Positions 27,331-36,603 of a stretch of DNA of 64,000 nt are shown here, piece by piece. The notes beneath the pieces were generated by a model. That model saw only the letters and a program-made list of their open reading frames with translations. It was not told the origin of the DNA and did not search any database. Source of the stretch: a virus. The stretch lies in IMG/VR virus record IMGVR_UViG_3300028629_000007. One strand, written 5' to 3'. Made by a program: the position numbers and the translations under genes. Position 1 is the first letter of the stretch, and each line of letters starts with the position of its first letter.

Positions 27331-27408
27331 AGTATTTGTTTCCTTACCTTTATGGTAGCAGCTTTTGAGCGCCTCGCAAGCGACAATACAAGATGCTTGG
27401 GGAGTGTA

Positions 27409-27939
27409 TCACACAACTCCGTCGTTCTTGTCATTGACTACTTCAAGATTATGCTTGACAACATAATCACGATACTCGGACCACCACTCGGGTTGCTTAA
27501 TTTTCCATTTTGCGAAACGATATTTAGATCCGGCGTAAAATAATTTATAGGAATGTACTGGATCGTCGGTCATAAATTGAGGAAACATAGCAAGTTTAAA
27601 TTTCGTCAATGGTTTATTTGGAAATATATCTATATATTTTTTTGAATGGTTTACTATATTCATACTTTTATGCGGCTTACCTTGTCTAATAATATTTTCT
27701 TGTCCCAACTGATCGCACATATCCATAAGCCACTTGACATTTTCTCTACTTTCCATAAGCCACAGATTACAGGGGTGCTTAGGGTTAAATTTCTTGTAAA
27801 GAATATCATCATCATCAACCCCTAAGTGACGAATACATGTTGAAAGCATCTGTGCTGATTCCAAAATCATTTTTAAATGTTTGTCACAATGAAACTTAGC
27901 AGATTTTACTGGATTGTGGTCAAGAACGAAGATATTCAA
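27409..27939 (-). CDS. Pyrimidine-dimer DNA glycosylase (DenV-like family)
   Basis: NIFVLDHNP..CDKH.KMILESAQMLST..HPCNLW; TTG start overlapping the endonuclease stop. Confidence 0.85.
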   Translation of the reverse strand: MNIFVLDHNPVKSAKFHCDKHLKMILESAQMLSTCIRHLGVDDDDILYKKFNPKHPCNLWLMESRENVKWLMDMCDQLGQENIIRQGKPHKSMNIVNHSKKYIDIFPNKPLTKFKLAMFPQFMTDDPVHSYKLFYAGSKYRFAKWKIKQPEWWSEYRDYVVKHNLEVVNDKNDGVV

Positions 27940-28926
27940 TGTTTATACCTTTCAAGTTTTTCTTTGGCTCTTTCATCTATTGTTATTTTGCCACTTTTGA
28001 TAAGAAAGTCAATGGTTTCTTTTTTAAGGTAAGGTATGTCGCGTTCTGTAAAAACCTTAAAGTTTTGAAATGCTTTATTAGCAGATTCTAACTTTAATTT
28101 GTTGTTATTATAGCTTAATAATGAATATGGCTTTATTTCGACAACAGTTTCAGTCTCCGCAACAAAAAAATCTGGATAATAACTTTTTTCTTTACCATTA
28201 AGGTAATAAATTACCTTATACTCATTATTCTCTGCTGATAATAATGTATAGTTTTTTTCTTTATATAAGTGTATAAATGATAGTTCGAGGGAACTCCTAA
28301 AATACAAATCACCATAATATCCAGATATTCCCCCTGAATTTTTTGGTATTCTTCCTCCATTATTTAGGTATTTTTTAAATGGATTATTTTCCCCTGAGTT
28401 CATAATGGAGATTTTTAATTTCGTTTCATCTGAATGCTTTGTTGTTCCATTAGCAATTTTTGTTTCTATGATTTTTCTTTGATGCTCGGGAGTTCTTGGT
28501 GATGGTTTGCCTTTAAAACGTTCTGATGTCTTTTTTCTCCCTTCGTGTGTTTCTCCATAATTTGATACTCCGTATTTTTGTACGAAAGTTTTTTTTTCTA
28601 TTTTCTTCTTTTGCTATTTGATCTGTATTCGAAACTCTTTTTAAAACTATATCTTTAGATTGTTTTTTACCTTTCCAAAAATTACCAAATCCTCCATGAA
28701 TTTTCTTGTATTCGGCATCGCATTTCTTACAACATGATTTTAAATAGCCTACTCCAAAATTTCTATAATTTGTTTGATTTCCACAATTCAAGCATATACC
28801 GTCCTTTTCGGATTTAATAAATTTATCATAATATTGTTTTGTGTCCAATTTGTGAATAATGTTTATGTGAGTAGCAAGCGCCTTTTTATTTTTAAATTGT
28901 TTCGAACATATAAGACATTCAACCAT
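27936..28926 (-). CDS. Homing endonuclease (zinc finger + KYGV/NUMOD-like + TnsA-like PD-(D/E)XK), frameshifted at A9 (28589-28597)
   Basis: CLICSKQF..H; removing one A gives KKTFVQKYGVSN..HSDETKLKIS joining FRSSLE..YYPDF..VEIKP. Confidence 0.8.
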
Positions 28927-28957
28927 ATAACCTCCACATATGTATTTATACGGAAGT

Positions 28958-29041
28958 TTATAGAAGCATTCTAACAATATGTCTATCAATAGCCATGGAA
29001 GCGGCTATAACAGGATCATTATGAAGGCGGAAGATGTTCAT
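28958..29041 (-). pseudogene. Orphaned original 5' end of the denV-like gene (MNIFRLHNDPVIAASMAIDRHIVRMLL*)
   Basis: Aligns residue by residue with the N-terminus of 27409-27939. Confidence 0.85.
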
Positions 29042-29046
29042 ATATG

Positions 29047-30174
29047 TTATGCTAAGTCGAAATCGTCATCGGATATGGGTTTATTATTGTATCCCTTTAC
29101 CACATTGCAAGGGAAAAATGCTGTCGGCTGATTTTTAATCAAGAAAGGCACGTTGTCATCTTCTTTTTTGTATCTTTCTTCAATTTCCCTTACCGACTCG
29201 TCGCTTAGATCGCTTTCAAGTATATCTTTTACCATGACACCAGAAAACCCCGTACACTTGGGAAACACTGCACCCCCTTCAACAGCAACACTGGGAACAT
29301 ACATGTTAGCATGTTGCAACTCTTCGAGCCACTCTATAATTGCCTCTGGATTATATGGTTGCTCAAGTAAAGAATCTTTTTCTTTATTACTTTCAGACGG
29401 GTATCTAATATGATTGTAAAGATGCTGGGCGACCTCTTCATTCATAACAGAGCCAGCAGCATGTACAAAGTCACCGAAAGTTTTAAACTTTTTCGTTCCA
29501 AACACTAAAGCCATTTTCATTTCTTCTGCCATAGTCATGGTAAACCCTCTGGCTTTATATTTCTGGGCGCGAAATATAGAAGAAACAACATTATTGGCAT
29601 TTACATTGAATACCAATTCTCTTCTTGCGATATCCTTGAAGAAAGTCTTGTCAAATACAAACTCTCCCTTCTTGAATAGATATGCTCCCATGCATATTGT
29701 AAAATCAAATCCCATGAAGACTTCTTCGGGAGTTCCTACTACGAATCTCGGATCAACCAACTGAATGGCTATCTTCTCATCCTTCCACTTGACATCATAG
29801 GTCGGACCATATTTTTCTTGCTTGATCTTGGCTATTTCACCGCGCTTCGAAGTTCGTGAATATGTCGTTGCTCTTTCGGTAACACATAATTCTTTTGTAG
29901 AAGCATCGTCATACTTTATAAGAACAGAAAAGTACCGCTTGGCTTTTTCGAAGCTTTCTTTGTCTCGAAAGAATATATCAAAGTCATTGATAGGCTGATT
30001 AGAAAATATAGAAGTAATAGATCCACCAGCCAAGAAAGCATCAAGTTTCGCAAACAGGCGACAAAGTTTCGCTCCTATTCTCTCTTCAATAAAATGATAC
30101 TCTTTTTGCGTATATACCAATGACATGGGGAGGCTCCTTCCCCCACATCTTACACTATGCAGAAAGTTTTTCAA
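29047..30174 (-). CDS. Pol-beta-superfamily nucleotidyltransferase-like protein
   Basis: FLAGGSI..NDFDIFF; FDFTIC. Confidence 0.75.
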   Translation of the reverse strand: MKNFLHSVRCGGRSLPMSLVYTQKEYHFIEERIGAKLCRLFAKLDAFLAGGSITSIFSNQPINDFDIFFRDKESFEKAKRYFSVLIKYDDASTKELCVTERATTYSRTSKRGEIAKIKQEKYGPTYDVKWKDEKIAIQLVDPRFVVGTPEEVFMGFDFTICMGAYLFKKGEFVFDKTFFKDIARRELVFNVNANNVVSSIFRAQKYKARGFTMTMAEEMKMALVFGTKKFKTFGDFVHAAGSVMNEEVAQHLYNHIRYPSESNKEKDSLLEQPYNPEAIIEWLEELQHANMYVPSVAVEGGAVFPKCTGFSGVMVKDILESDLSDESVREIEERYKKEDDNVPFLIKNQPTAFFPCNVVKGYNNKPISDDDFDLA

Positions 30175-30547
30175 GACTCTTGTCGCACTTTAGCTCGACA
30201 AGAAACTCGTCAACCAAATCTTCGCACTCGCTTGACACAGTTGCTTTATGCGTATTGGTATACTTGATGAAGTTGCGTAAGTATTTCTTACCAACCAATT
30301 CAAGTTCTTTTTGCGATGGCTCCCATTCTCCATCTTGATCGACTATTGATTTATACTTATGCAGTGCTGTAGCCAACTGGTATATAGTGTCAAGTGATTC
30401 TTTTATTACTTCTTGGTATCTACTCTCTTTATCTTCCTGGGTTTCGTTTATATTATCCAATAAGAGTTCAGTTTCCTCAAGTTTTTTTACTAAGGTTTCA
30501 TTTTGCTTTTCGAGGTCGTGCTCGTAAAGCGTTGACGTGGATTCCAT
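30155..30547 (-). CDS. Coiled-coil protein with family A-like leader
   Basis: LYEHDLEKQNETL. Confidence 0.65.
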   Translation of the reverse strand: MESTSTLYEHDLEKQNETLVKKLEETELLLDNINETQEDKESRYQEVIKESLDTIYQLATALHKYKSIVDQDGEWEPSQKELELVGKKYLRNFIKYTNTHKATVSSECEDLVDEFLVELKCDKSLEKLSA

Positions 30548-30612
30548 GGTGGATTCCTCCTTATTTTTCAGTTGTTAAAAGAACACCTACATAAGTATTT
30601 ATCATGAAAAAC

Positions 30613-30642
30613 AAACACCGAAAGACGAATCTTCCGGTGTTT
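30613..30642 (-). terminator. Rho-independent terminator with UUCG loop
   Basis: AAACACCGGAAGA-TTCG-TCTTTCGGTGTTT then GTTTTT. Confidence 0.8.
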
Positions 30643-30678
30643 GAACTTGCATATAAGCTTCCGACCTGCTGCAAGTTT

Positions 30679-32130
30679 TTATGCGTCTGTTCCTGTTATT
30701 CTACTTATATCTGTCTTTATATTATACACTGCTTTATACACCAATACCCAACTTGCTTCGAATTTTTCAAAGGCATCAAATAACCCTGCTTCTATTTCTC
30801 TACGTCTTGCATTTTTCATGGCAATTATATTATCAGGAGATAAATCTTCTATTATTTCCATCGCTTCTTTTTTCCAGCGACTTGCTATTTTGACAACATG
30901 CTTAAGCATTATTTCCGGAACGGGTCTTTCTTTACCTACAAGCGAATCCAAGCAACTCGAAAGAGCCTTGAAGTAAAGAGCCTTGGTTTCCATATGTGAA
31001 CGCATAGCGGCTTCAAATGCAACATCTGCGTCATCTGCATATCTTACGGTGCTTTTCCAGTTATCATCTACATCTCCCATTATTCTTGATACCATATCAT
31101 CAACTATTATAGTAACTTCATCTGCGAGTGACGCTGGTGATAAATCAAATTTCTTGACCGATTCATTCAACCCAGATTCAAGCTTCTTATAAAAAGAAAT
31201 AACATCATGCTTAATACGATTTTTACGATTTACCATCTCGTCGGCTATACCTTCAATGTCACGATCAATTTCTTCTGGCGTCAGTCCTTTCCAATATGTT
31301 TTATTTCCTGGCTTTCCAACTGGCTGTGACTTCATGGCTATAAGATACTTGGTCTTGAATGCTTCCAAGTAATCCGTCATCCACTCTCTCCAAGTTTCGT
31401 CGGGTATCTTCTCCACTTTGTCAAGTATATCTTTTACATTGCTGAAAGGTGCCTTTATCTTTCCTTCCTTTACACGAATGAAGAACTCGTTGTAATACGA
31501 CTTGGCACCAACAGGCGTCTTGGTTCTCTCCAGCGTATCCGGATCCTTGGGGAAGGTAGCGTTGAGTATCTTTGACAGATACCGCATTGCCTGTCCACGG
31601 TCGATTCCAATGAGCTTTCCACCTACCCTGAGTGTCGTTTCTGCATGAGTGTCCATATTGGATACGAGGTAATCAAACACATGAAGGCGCTGGATTGTCC
31701 GTATATCTTCTGGCGTTAGCTTGTCGGTGTAGTTATCACCAAACTTGTTTTCCTCTGCGTTATCAAGAAACGGCATAACGATACCCAATGTTCCTTGCTC
31801 CACACCATCTACATCATCGAACGGAAATGGCAACTTGGTTACGGGAATATGCTCACCGGGTTCAAGAACGGCTGAAGCTGCTTTCGAGGCGAAGTATTCT
31901 GCGTTAGGCTGGGTGAACTCTTTGTCTCTTGACTTGGCAGCCCGGGGCTTTCCGGTTATCTTGGATACCATGCCTATCTTACGCTTTCCTGACTTCCAGA
32001 GATACTTCTTGCCATTCTTCTTCGACTTGAAGAAATGCTTATCATACGAGCCAGCGAGAGGCGCAGGACCAACATACTCGAAGCCAGCAGATACTATATC
32101 ATCAAGAGGTTCAGTCCACCATTCGTTCAT
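30679..32130 (-). CDS. HipA/PI3-PI4-kinase-like protein with helical C-terminal domain
   Basis: YLWK; FDYLVSNMDTH; LIGIDRG. Confidence 0.7.
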   Translation of the reverse strand: MNEWWTEPLDDIVSAGFEYVGPAPLAGSYDKHFFKSKKNGKKYLWKSGKRKIGMVSKITGKPRAAKSRDKEFTQPNAEYFASKAASAVLEPGEHIPVTKLPFPFDDVDGVEQGTLGIVMPFLDNAEENKFGDNYTDKLTPEDIRTIQRLHVFDYLVSNMDTHAETTLRVGGKLIGIDRGQAMRYLSKILNATFPKDPDTLERTKTPVGAKSYYNEFFIRVKEGKIKAPFSNVKDILDKVEKIPDETWREWMTDYLEAFKTKYLIAMKSQPVGKPGNKTYWKGLTPEEIDRDIEGIADEMVNRKNRIKHDVISFYKKLESGLNESVKKFDLSPASLADEVTIIVDDMVSRIMGDVDDNWKSTVRYADDADVAFEAAMRSHMETKALYFKALSSCLDSLVGKERPVPEIMLKHVVKIASRWKKEAMEIIEDLSPDNIIAMKNARRREIEAGLFDAFEKFEASWVLVYKAVYNIKTDISRITGTDA

Positions 32131-33308
32131 TTTGGGTTTACTCCTGCGTCTTTGAAGTCATCGGTCCCATCATATAGCTTCACAACATTCTTGATGATAC
32201 TCTTGTTTACTATAGCTCCACTTGCCATGTCAATAGACGAATACCACCCAAGTGACGATTTACTAGGTCTAAATCCTTTATCATATGGATTAAATTCTAT
32301 AGCACCAACTCCATTTTCATAAAGCAACTTCCAGTTTATGGCAGAGTCTTTTGGTCTTTCCGGATCAATGATATATTTTCTTTCAAACATCTGAACCAGC
32401 TTTGGTGTCTTTATTGTAAGAGGTTCTTTAGCGAATTCAATAGCATAGTTACATACTTTAAGGCGATCTGTCATGTTTCTCTGGATCCAATCCAACCAAG
32501 CAGTTCCTATACTATACCACTGATGAAATCCCTCAGATATGTCTTTAATGTTATTGGAAGTCAAGTTTGTGCGATTTGTATTGATCAAACGGACGGAATT
32601 TATGTCCAGACCCATCCTGCGAACGGCAGTATTGATTCCTGAGAATTGGCTCATGTAGAGCGATTCCCATGGGCTATCACCATCTTCATCGTCGTTCCAG
32701 CTTTCACCCATGGTCTTGGCTTTATATGCCTTGACGCCTGGGATACTCTTGGCTAATTGTACATTCGAGTCATCGTCATCGAAGAACTTGACCTTGCCCA
32801 TGTGCTTGGCACGAACCTTCTGAAGTATTTCTTTTTTCACTTCTGCGATTGACTTGCCACTCTTGGTGCCTTCGGAAGCTGATAAGTAGCCAGCAATATT
32901 ATTGACACCATGCTTAGCCAGAGTAGATAATACAGCATCCTTTACTTTGGCTGATCGGGCGGTTAGGAGGTAAATCTTGGAGTTGCTTCTTCCCTGCTCT
33001 ATAGCATCGTTGATTTGCTTGATGACTTTGAGTAGATAGGTCGGCTTGGCAGTAGCCATGAATAGATCAGGATCGTCAAACTGAGAGAAGTCAAACGACT
33101 CACCATTTTGCTTCTGATAAGTATTGAACTCTTCAGGGGTTAGTTTCTTGACTGGCTTTCCATTATGAAGAACGATAATCTTGGCATCGGTATTGAAGAG
33201 GGTATTATCAAGATCAAACAAATACGCCGAATCCTTGAAAGATTCTATCAAAAGATTCCTTTTAAGCGACTCACGGATACTCTGAATGTCACCCATGTGA
33301 TACCTCAA
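32127..33308 (-). CDS. HAD-family phosphatase plus second domain, late protein
   Basis: FDLDNTL; LLTARS; FFDDDDSN; TATAAATA at 33313-33320. Confidence 0.8.
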   Translation of the reverse strand: MRYHMGDIQSIRESLKRNLLIESFKDSAYLFDLDNTLFNTDAKIIVLHNGKPVKKLTPEEFNTYQKQNGESFDFSQFDDPDLFMATAKPTYLLKVIKQINDAIEQGRSNSKIYLLTARSAKVKDAVLSTLAKHGVNNIAGYLSASEGTKSGKSIAEVKKEILQKVRAKHMGKVKFFDDDDSNVQLAKSIPGVKAYKAKTMGESWNDDEDGDSPWESLYMSQFSGINTAVRRMGLDINSVRLINTNRTNLTSNNIKDISEGFHQWYSIGTAWLDWIQRNMTDRLKVCNYAIEFAKEPLTIKTPKLVQMFERKYIIDPERPKDSAINWKLLYENGVGAIEFNPYDKGFRPSKSSLGWYSSIDMASGAIVNKSIIKNVVKLYDGTDDFKDAGVNPK

Positions 33309-33326
33309 TCGTTATTTATAGTTAAA

Positions 33327-33357
33327 CAAAAAGAAACTCCGGACTTAGCCCGGAGTT
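33327..33357 (-). terminator. Rho-independent terminator
   Basis: AACTCCGG-GCTAAGT-CCGGAGTT then TCTTTTT. Confidence 0.8.
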
Positions 33358-33433
33358 CCCAAACCCAAAATGGGTTTCCATTTACATCTCCACAACTACT
33401 CTCTCCACTACCTACTACGCCACACCAATCCGA

Positions 33434-34030
33434 TCACCGCTCCTTCGACTTCTCTTCCAACATCTCCTTTGCCTTCTCCAGCGTAATCTCGTTGGTGATG
33501 TAGTTCACGAACTTCTCGAATGCCACACCCTGAGTACGATGGTAGAGCCACACCTTCTTCGACTTCTCGAACAAGTTCTTTCCTTCGGGGGAGTTAAGAT
33601 CAAACCTCTCCTGCCAGTTGAAGTTGCTTTCACCCTGGTTCTGCTCAATCTCGACATCGACATACTGGCGATCAATGTCGTGAACGATACGAAGCGAATA
33701 GACCTTGTGGGTCAGGTCGTAGTCATAGGGGTGGTCGGGGGTCCAGAGGTCAGGCGAATCAAGCAGCTTGATTGCGTTCTCATAGAGCCGAGCAGCGACG
33801 GTCTGAGTGGCAGACAACTGTCCTTCGAAGCCCTTCTTGGCACGAGCGACGAGTTCAGTAGCAGAGTACTGAGCCTTGTCAATCTTGAGGCACTTCTCAA
33901 GCGCAGTACATCTGTTCATCCAAACGTGGTTGTCTTCCTTGAGACGATCATTTTCGGCTTCAAGATCCTTGACATACTGTGGGTCAAGGTGGTTAGTTGC
34001 GGGTTTAGCTCCCGTGGTTGCTTTCAACAT
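33434..34030 (-). CDS. Family A leader protein
   Basis: QYVKDLEAENDRLK. Confidence 0.75.
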   Translation of the reverse strand: MLKATTGAKPATNHLDPQYVKDLEAENDRLKEDNHVWMNRCTALEKCLKIDKAQYSATELVARAKKGFEGQLSATQTVAARLYENAIKLLDSPDLWTPDHPYDYDLTHKVYSLRIVHDIDRQYVDVEIEQNQGESNFNWQERFDLNSPEGKNLFEKSKKVWLYHRTQGVAFEKFVNYITNEITLEKAKEMLEEKSKER

Positions 34031-34082
34031 TATTGTATCTCCTTGGGTCTTATTCTAACGAGGGTTCTTGGGAACGCAAGAG

Positions 34083-34556
34083 TTATTTGTAAGCACCTTT
34101 TATAGTGTGATGCTTCTCTGCGTCAACTATCACACACATGTCTGGATTACCATTGAAAAATCCACGAATGAATGTCTCTGCGTCACTTAATGAAAAAAAA
34201 CATGGGGTTCTGGTTACTTCGCTACTAAGTGGATGCCAGAAATCATTGAAAGCATTACCAGTCAGTTCAATACGGAAGCCATGTTCGGGGTATCTATACA
34301 TTCCATATTTGAGCGTGTGGTCGGTTGAATTGAATACTTCAGTCACGGTGAATCTTTTTACTCCACCAAGATAATAATGCCATACATTAGTATCTTTCCC
34401 TTCTAGTCGGGATGTGAAGTAATATCTGATAAGCTTACATCTCATAGAATCTACAAGCATCCTTAGACGCTCGTTATCAGCTTCAAGATCCTTGAGACGC
34501 CTTAGAATTTCGGCGGTACTATTATTGACTTTTTTGGTAGATGGTCTAGTACCCAT
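34083..34556 (-). CDS. Family A leader protein
   Basis: LKDLEADNERLR. Confidence 0.7.
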   Translation of the reverse strand: MGTRPSTKKVNNSTAEILRRLKDLEADNERLRMLVDSMRCKLIRYYFTSRLEGKDTNVWHYYLGGVKRFTVTEVFNSTDHTLKYGMYRYPEHGFRIELTGNAFNDFWHPLSSEVTRTPCFFSLSDAETFIRGFFNGNPDMCVIVDAEKHHTIKGAYK

Positions 34557-34939
34557 AGGAACTCTTGTTCATTGATTATCTCAGTTCCTACTCGTTTTGC
34601 AAACTTATTCTTTTCTGTATCTGTGTTCTTGTCGTTGGTAACGAGAAACGATACACCATGCGACATCGTAGAACATGGTTGTCCACCAGCAGCACGAACA
34701 AGATCATATGCCTTATCTCGCGTCATTGTTTTCAGTGGTCCCGTAAAACAAAAGCTATTTCCCCTGAATTTTACATATCTCTTCAAGAAGCTAATTTCGT
34801 CACCAAGCTTAGCTATGTGTTCCTCGTATTGCTCGCAACGCCTCTCTAGTTCTTTTGCATAGCTTTCTTCATTTTCTTCTTGTCTCGCTTGTCCTGCTTC
34901 TTGGGATCTGTCTTTTGCTCGCATGTCTGCTCCCCACAT
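34502..34939 (-). CDS. BRCT-domain protein with coiled-coil leader
   Basis: FCFTGPLKTMTR..AAGG..VSFLVTN..K..KA..IINEQEF. Confidence 0.85.
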   Translation of the reverse strand: MWGADMRAKDRSQEAGQARQEENEESYAKELERRCEQYEEHIAKLGDEISFLKRYVKFRGNSFCFTGPLKTMTRDKAYDLVRAAGGQPCSTMSHGVSFLVTNDKNTDTEKNKFAKRVGTEIINEQEFLWVLDHLPKKSIIVPPKF

Positions 34940-35088
34940 ATTTCTTTTTGTCTTTTATCTATATGAATAGCTAATGAAGTTAGTAAAAAAAGCTTATCAA
35001 TGTCGGCTGATGCGTGGCTCAAACCAGCGTCTATGAATTCACATAATGACTTTGATATTATAGATGCGTTTTTACGATTGTCGTTCAT
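34846..35088 (-). CDS. Hypothetical protein
   Basis: Promoter upstream. Confidence 0.5.
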   Translation of the reverse strand: MNDNRKNASIISKSLCEFIDAGLSHASADIDKLFLLTSLAIHIDKRQKEICGEQTCEQKTDPKKQDKRDKKKMKKAMQKN

Positions 35089-35114
35089 ATGCTGGTATTA
35101 TATCATGATATGAT

Positions 35115-35147
35115 AAAAAAGAAAGCCCCATATTTCTATGGGGCTTC
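35115..35147 (-). terminator. Rho-independent terminator
   Basis: AAGCCCCATAG-AAA-TATGGGGCTT then TCTTTTTT. Confidence 0.8.
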
Positions 35148-35177
35148 TTCTAAACTCCTAGTTTTTTTCTCTTTTGG

Positions 35178-35486
35178 TTATTCTTCTTTATCTACTGGTA
35201 ATCCTAAAGTTTTTTGTGCGAAGACCTTTGGGTTGATATCAAGTGCCTTGAGCAACTCTCCGACCACATATACATCAGGGTCGTCCGAAAGAAGCTCCTT
35301 GAAGCACTGCTTGAACTCCTTTACAGAGTCATGGTCAAACTTTTTACGCTTCTTGGTTTCTTCGTTGATATAGTATTCCGACAAACTTTTATCTACATAG
35401 CCGTTATCATAAATGTCAAGTACTACCTTAGCAATCTGCTTTGGCTTCATTACCTTATCATCTTCGTTTGGGGTGCGCTTTGGCAT
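35178..35486 (-). CDS. Hypothetical protein
   Basis: AAGGAG RBS before MPKRTP. Confidence 0.7.
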   Translation of the reverse strand: MPKRTPNEDDKVMKPKQIAKVVLDIYDNGYVDKSLSEYYINEETKKRKKFDHDSVKEFKQCFKELLSDDPDVYVVGELLKALDINPKVFAQKTLGLPVDKEE

Positions 35487-35530
35487 CGTAATCTCCTTGT
35501 GAGATTTATTATACCCACTCCTAAAATAAA

Positions 35531-36601
35531 TCAATACAGGGTAGGTAGAATAAACTCATTATTGAGATTAACATCTACATCTAACCCAAACAAGGTCATA
35601 AACTTAGTGAAACTTTCGCGAAGAGTGACGATGATAAAGTTTACTAGCTTTTCAATATATTTTTTGACTGCATTATATCCTTTACCGATGTAGTTTCCAA
35701 TGTCGGACATTACACCTTCAAGATACATCGACTCAGAGGTTACATCGGCACTTGCGTTCTTTTGTTTTACATCGAATCTTATTTTCCCTGATGGTTGTAC
35801 CATGAATGACGGCTGAATGATAGAAGTCATTTTGTTTATCCATGCATCGTTAGAAACGGGAGTCATGTAAGTGGCATCGGAAATAAAGTCTGGATTACGA
35901 AGTGCTTTCTCAGAAGACATCTTTTGCTGAGTATACTTTATAACCAACATAGTATTGCATGCTGCTAGACTGTCACCAAATTTGAATGTGCCAGTAACAC
36001 CATTTTTTATAAATGCTTTCTTCAGGGCTATATTATCAAAAGTTGACGTAAACTCCTTTGCTATTGCATCTTGGAGAACTCTTGATTTGTCTGCTTTTGA
36101 TAGTCCCTTTTCATATTCCAGTATTCCCGACACTGCCTTTGTAACTCTTGAAGTTATCTCATCTTTTAGTTCTTTGGCGTTGTCTATGATGCTATGGAAG
36201 CAAATAGATGTATCAATCATTTGGTGTGCAAACAACCAACCAGCGTTACACTTCAGTGATATTCTCTGGGTGGAAGTATATAAGTCTGTCTTGGGTGTTC
36301 GGTTGGCTGAGATTGGATTATAGTCAGGAAATAGTTGACGCATTTTCTCTATGTAGCTCGAAGATAGCTCTCCTTTTATTTTTGCTGATCCATAGTGCTT
36401 GGCGTCATCGCCAATATTCATTCCTTTACTTTTCAATATGTCAATGACTTTCTTTCCAGTTGGAAGAAGACTTCTGTATTTTGGTGTTCTTCCGTTTATA
36501 ACGTCAACTAACACTTCTTCTATTTGTAATGTTATGTTTCTATCTGAATACCCATGGGAGTCTTCACACATAAAAAAGTTTGAGAAAGCCACTGTTGTCA
36601 T
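35531..36601 (-). CDS. Hypothetical late protein with possible PD-(D/E)XK core
   Basis: TPKTDLY..RISLK. Confidence 0.65.
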   Translation of the reverse strand: MTTVAFSNFFMCEDSHGYSDRNITLQIEEVLVDVINGRTPKYRSLLPTGKKVIDILKSKGMNIGDDAKHYGSAKIKGELSSSYIEKMRQLFPDYNPISANRTPKTDLYTSTQRISLKCNAGWLFAHQMIDTSICFHSIIDNAKELKDEITSRVTKAVSGILEYEKGLSKADKSRVLQDAIAKEFTSTFDNIALKKAFIKNGVTGTFKFGDSLAACNTMLVIKYTQQKMSSEKALRNPDFISDATYMTPVSNDAWINKMTSIIQPSFMVQPSGKIRFDVKQKNASADVTSESMYLEGVMSDIGNYIGKGYNAVKKYIEKLVNFIIVTLRESFTKFMTLFGLDVDVNLNNEFILPTLY

Positions 36602-36603
36602 AT

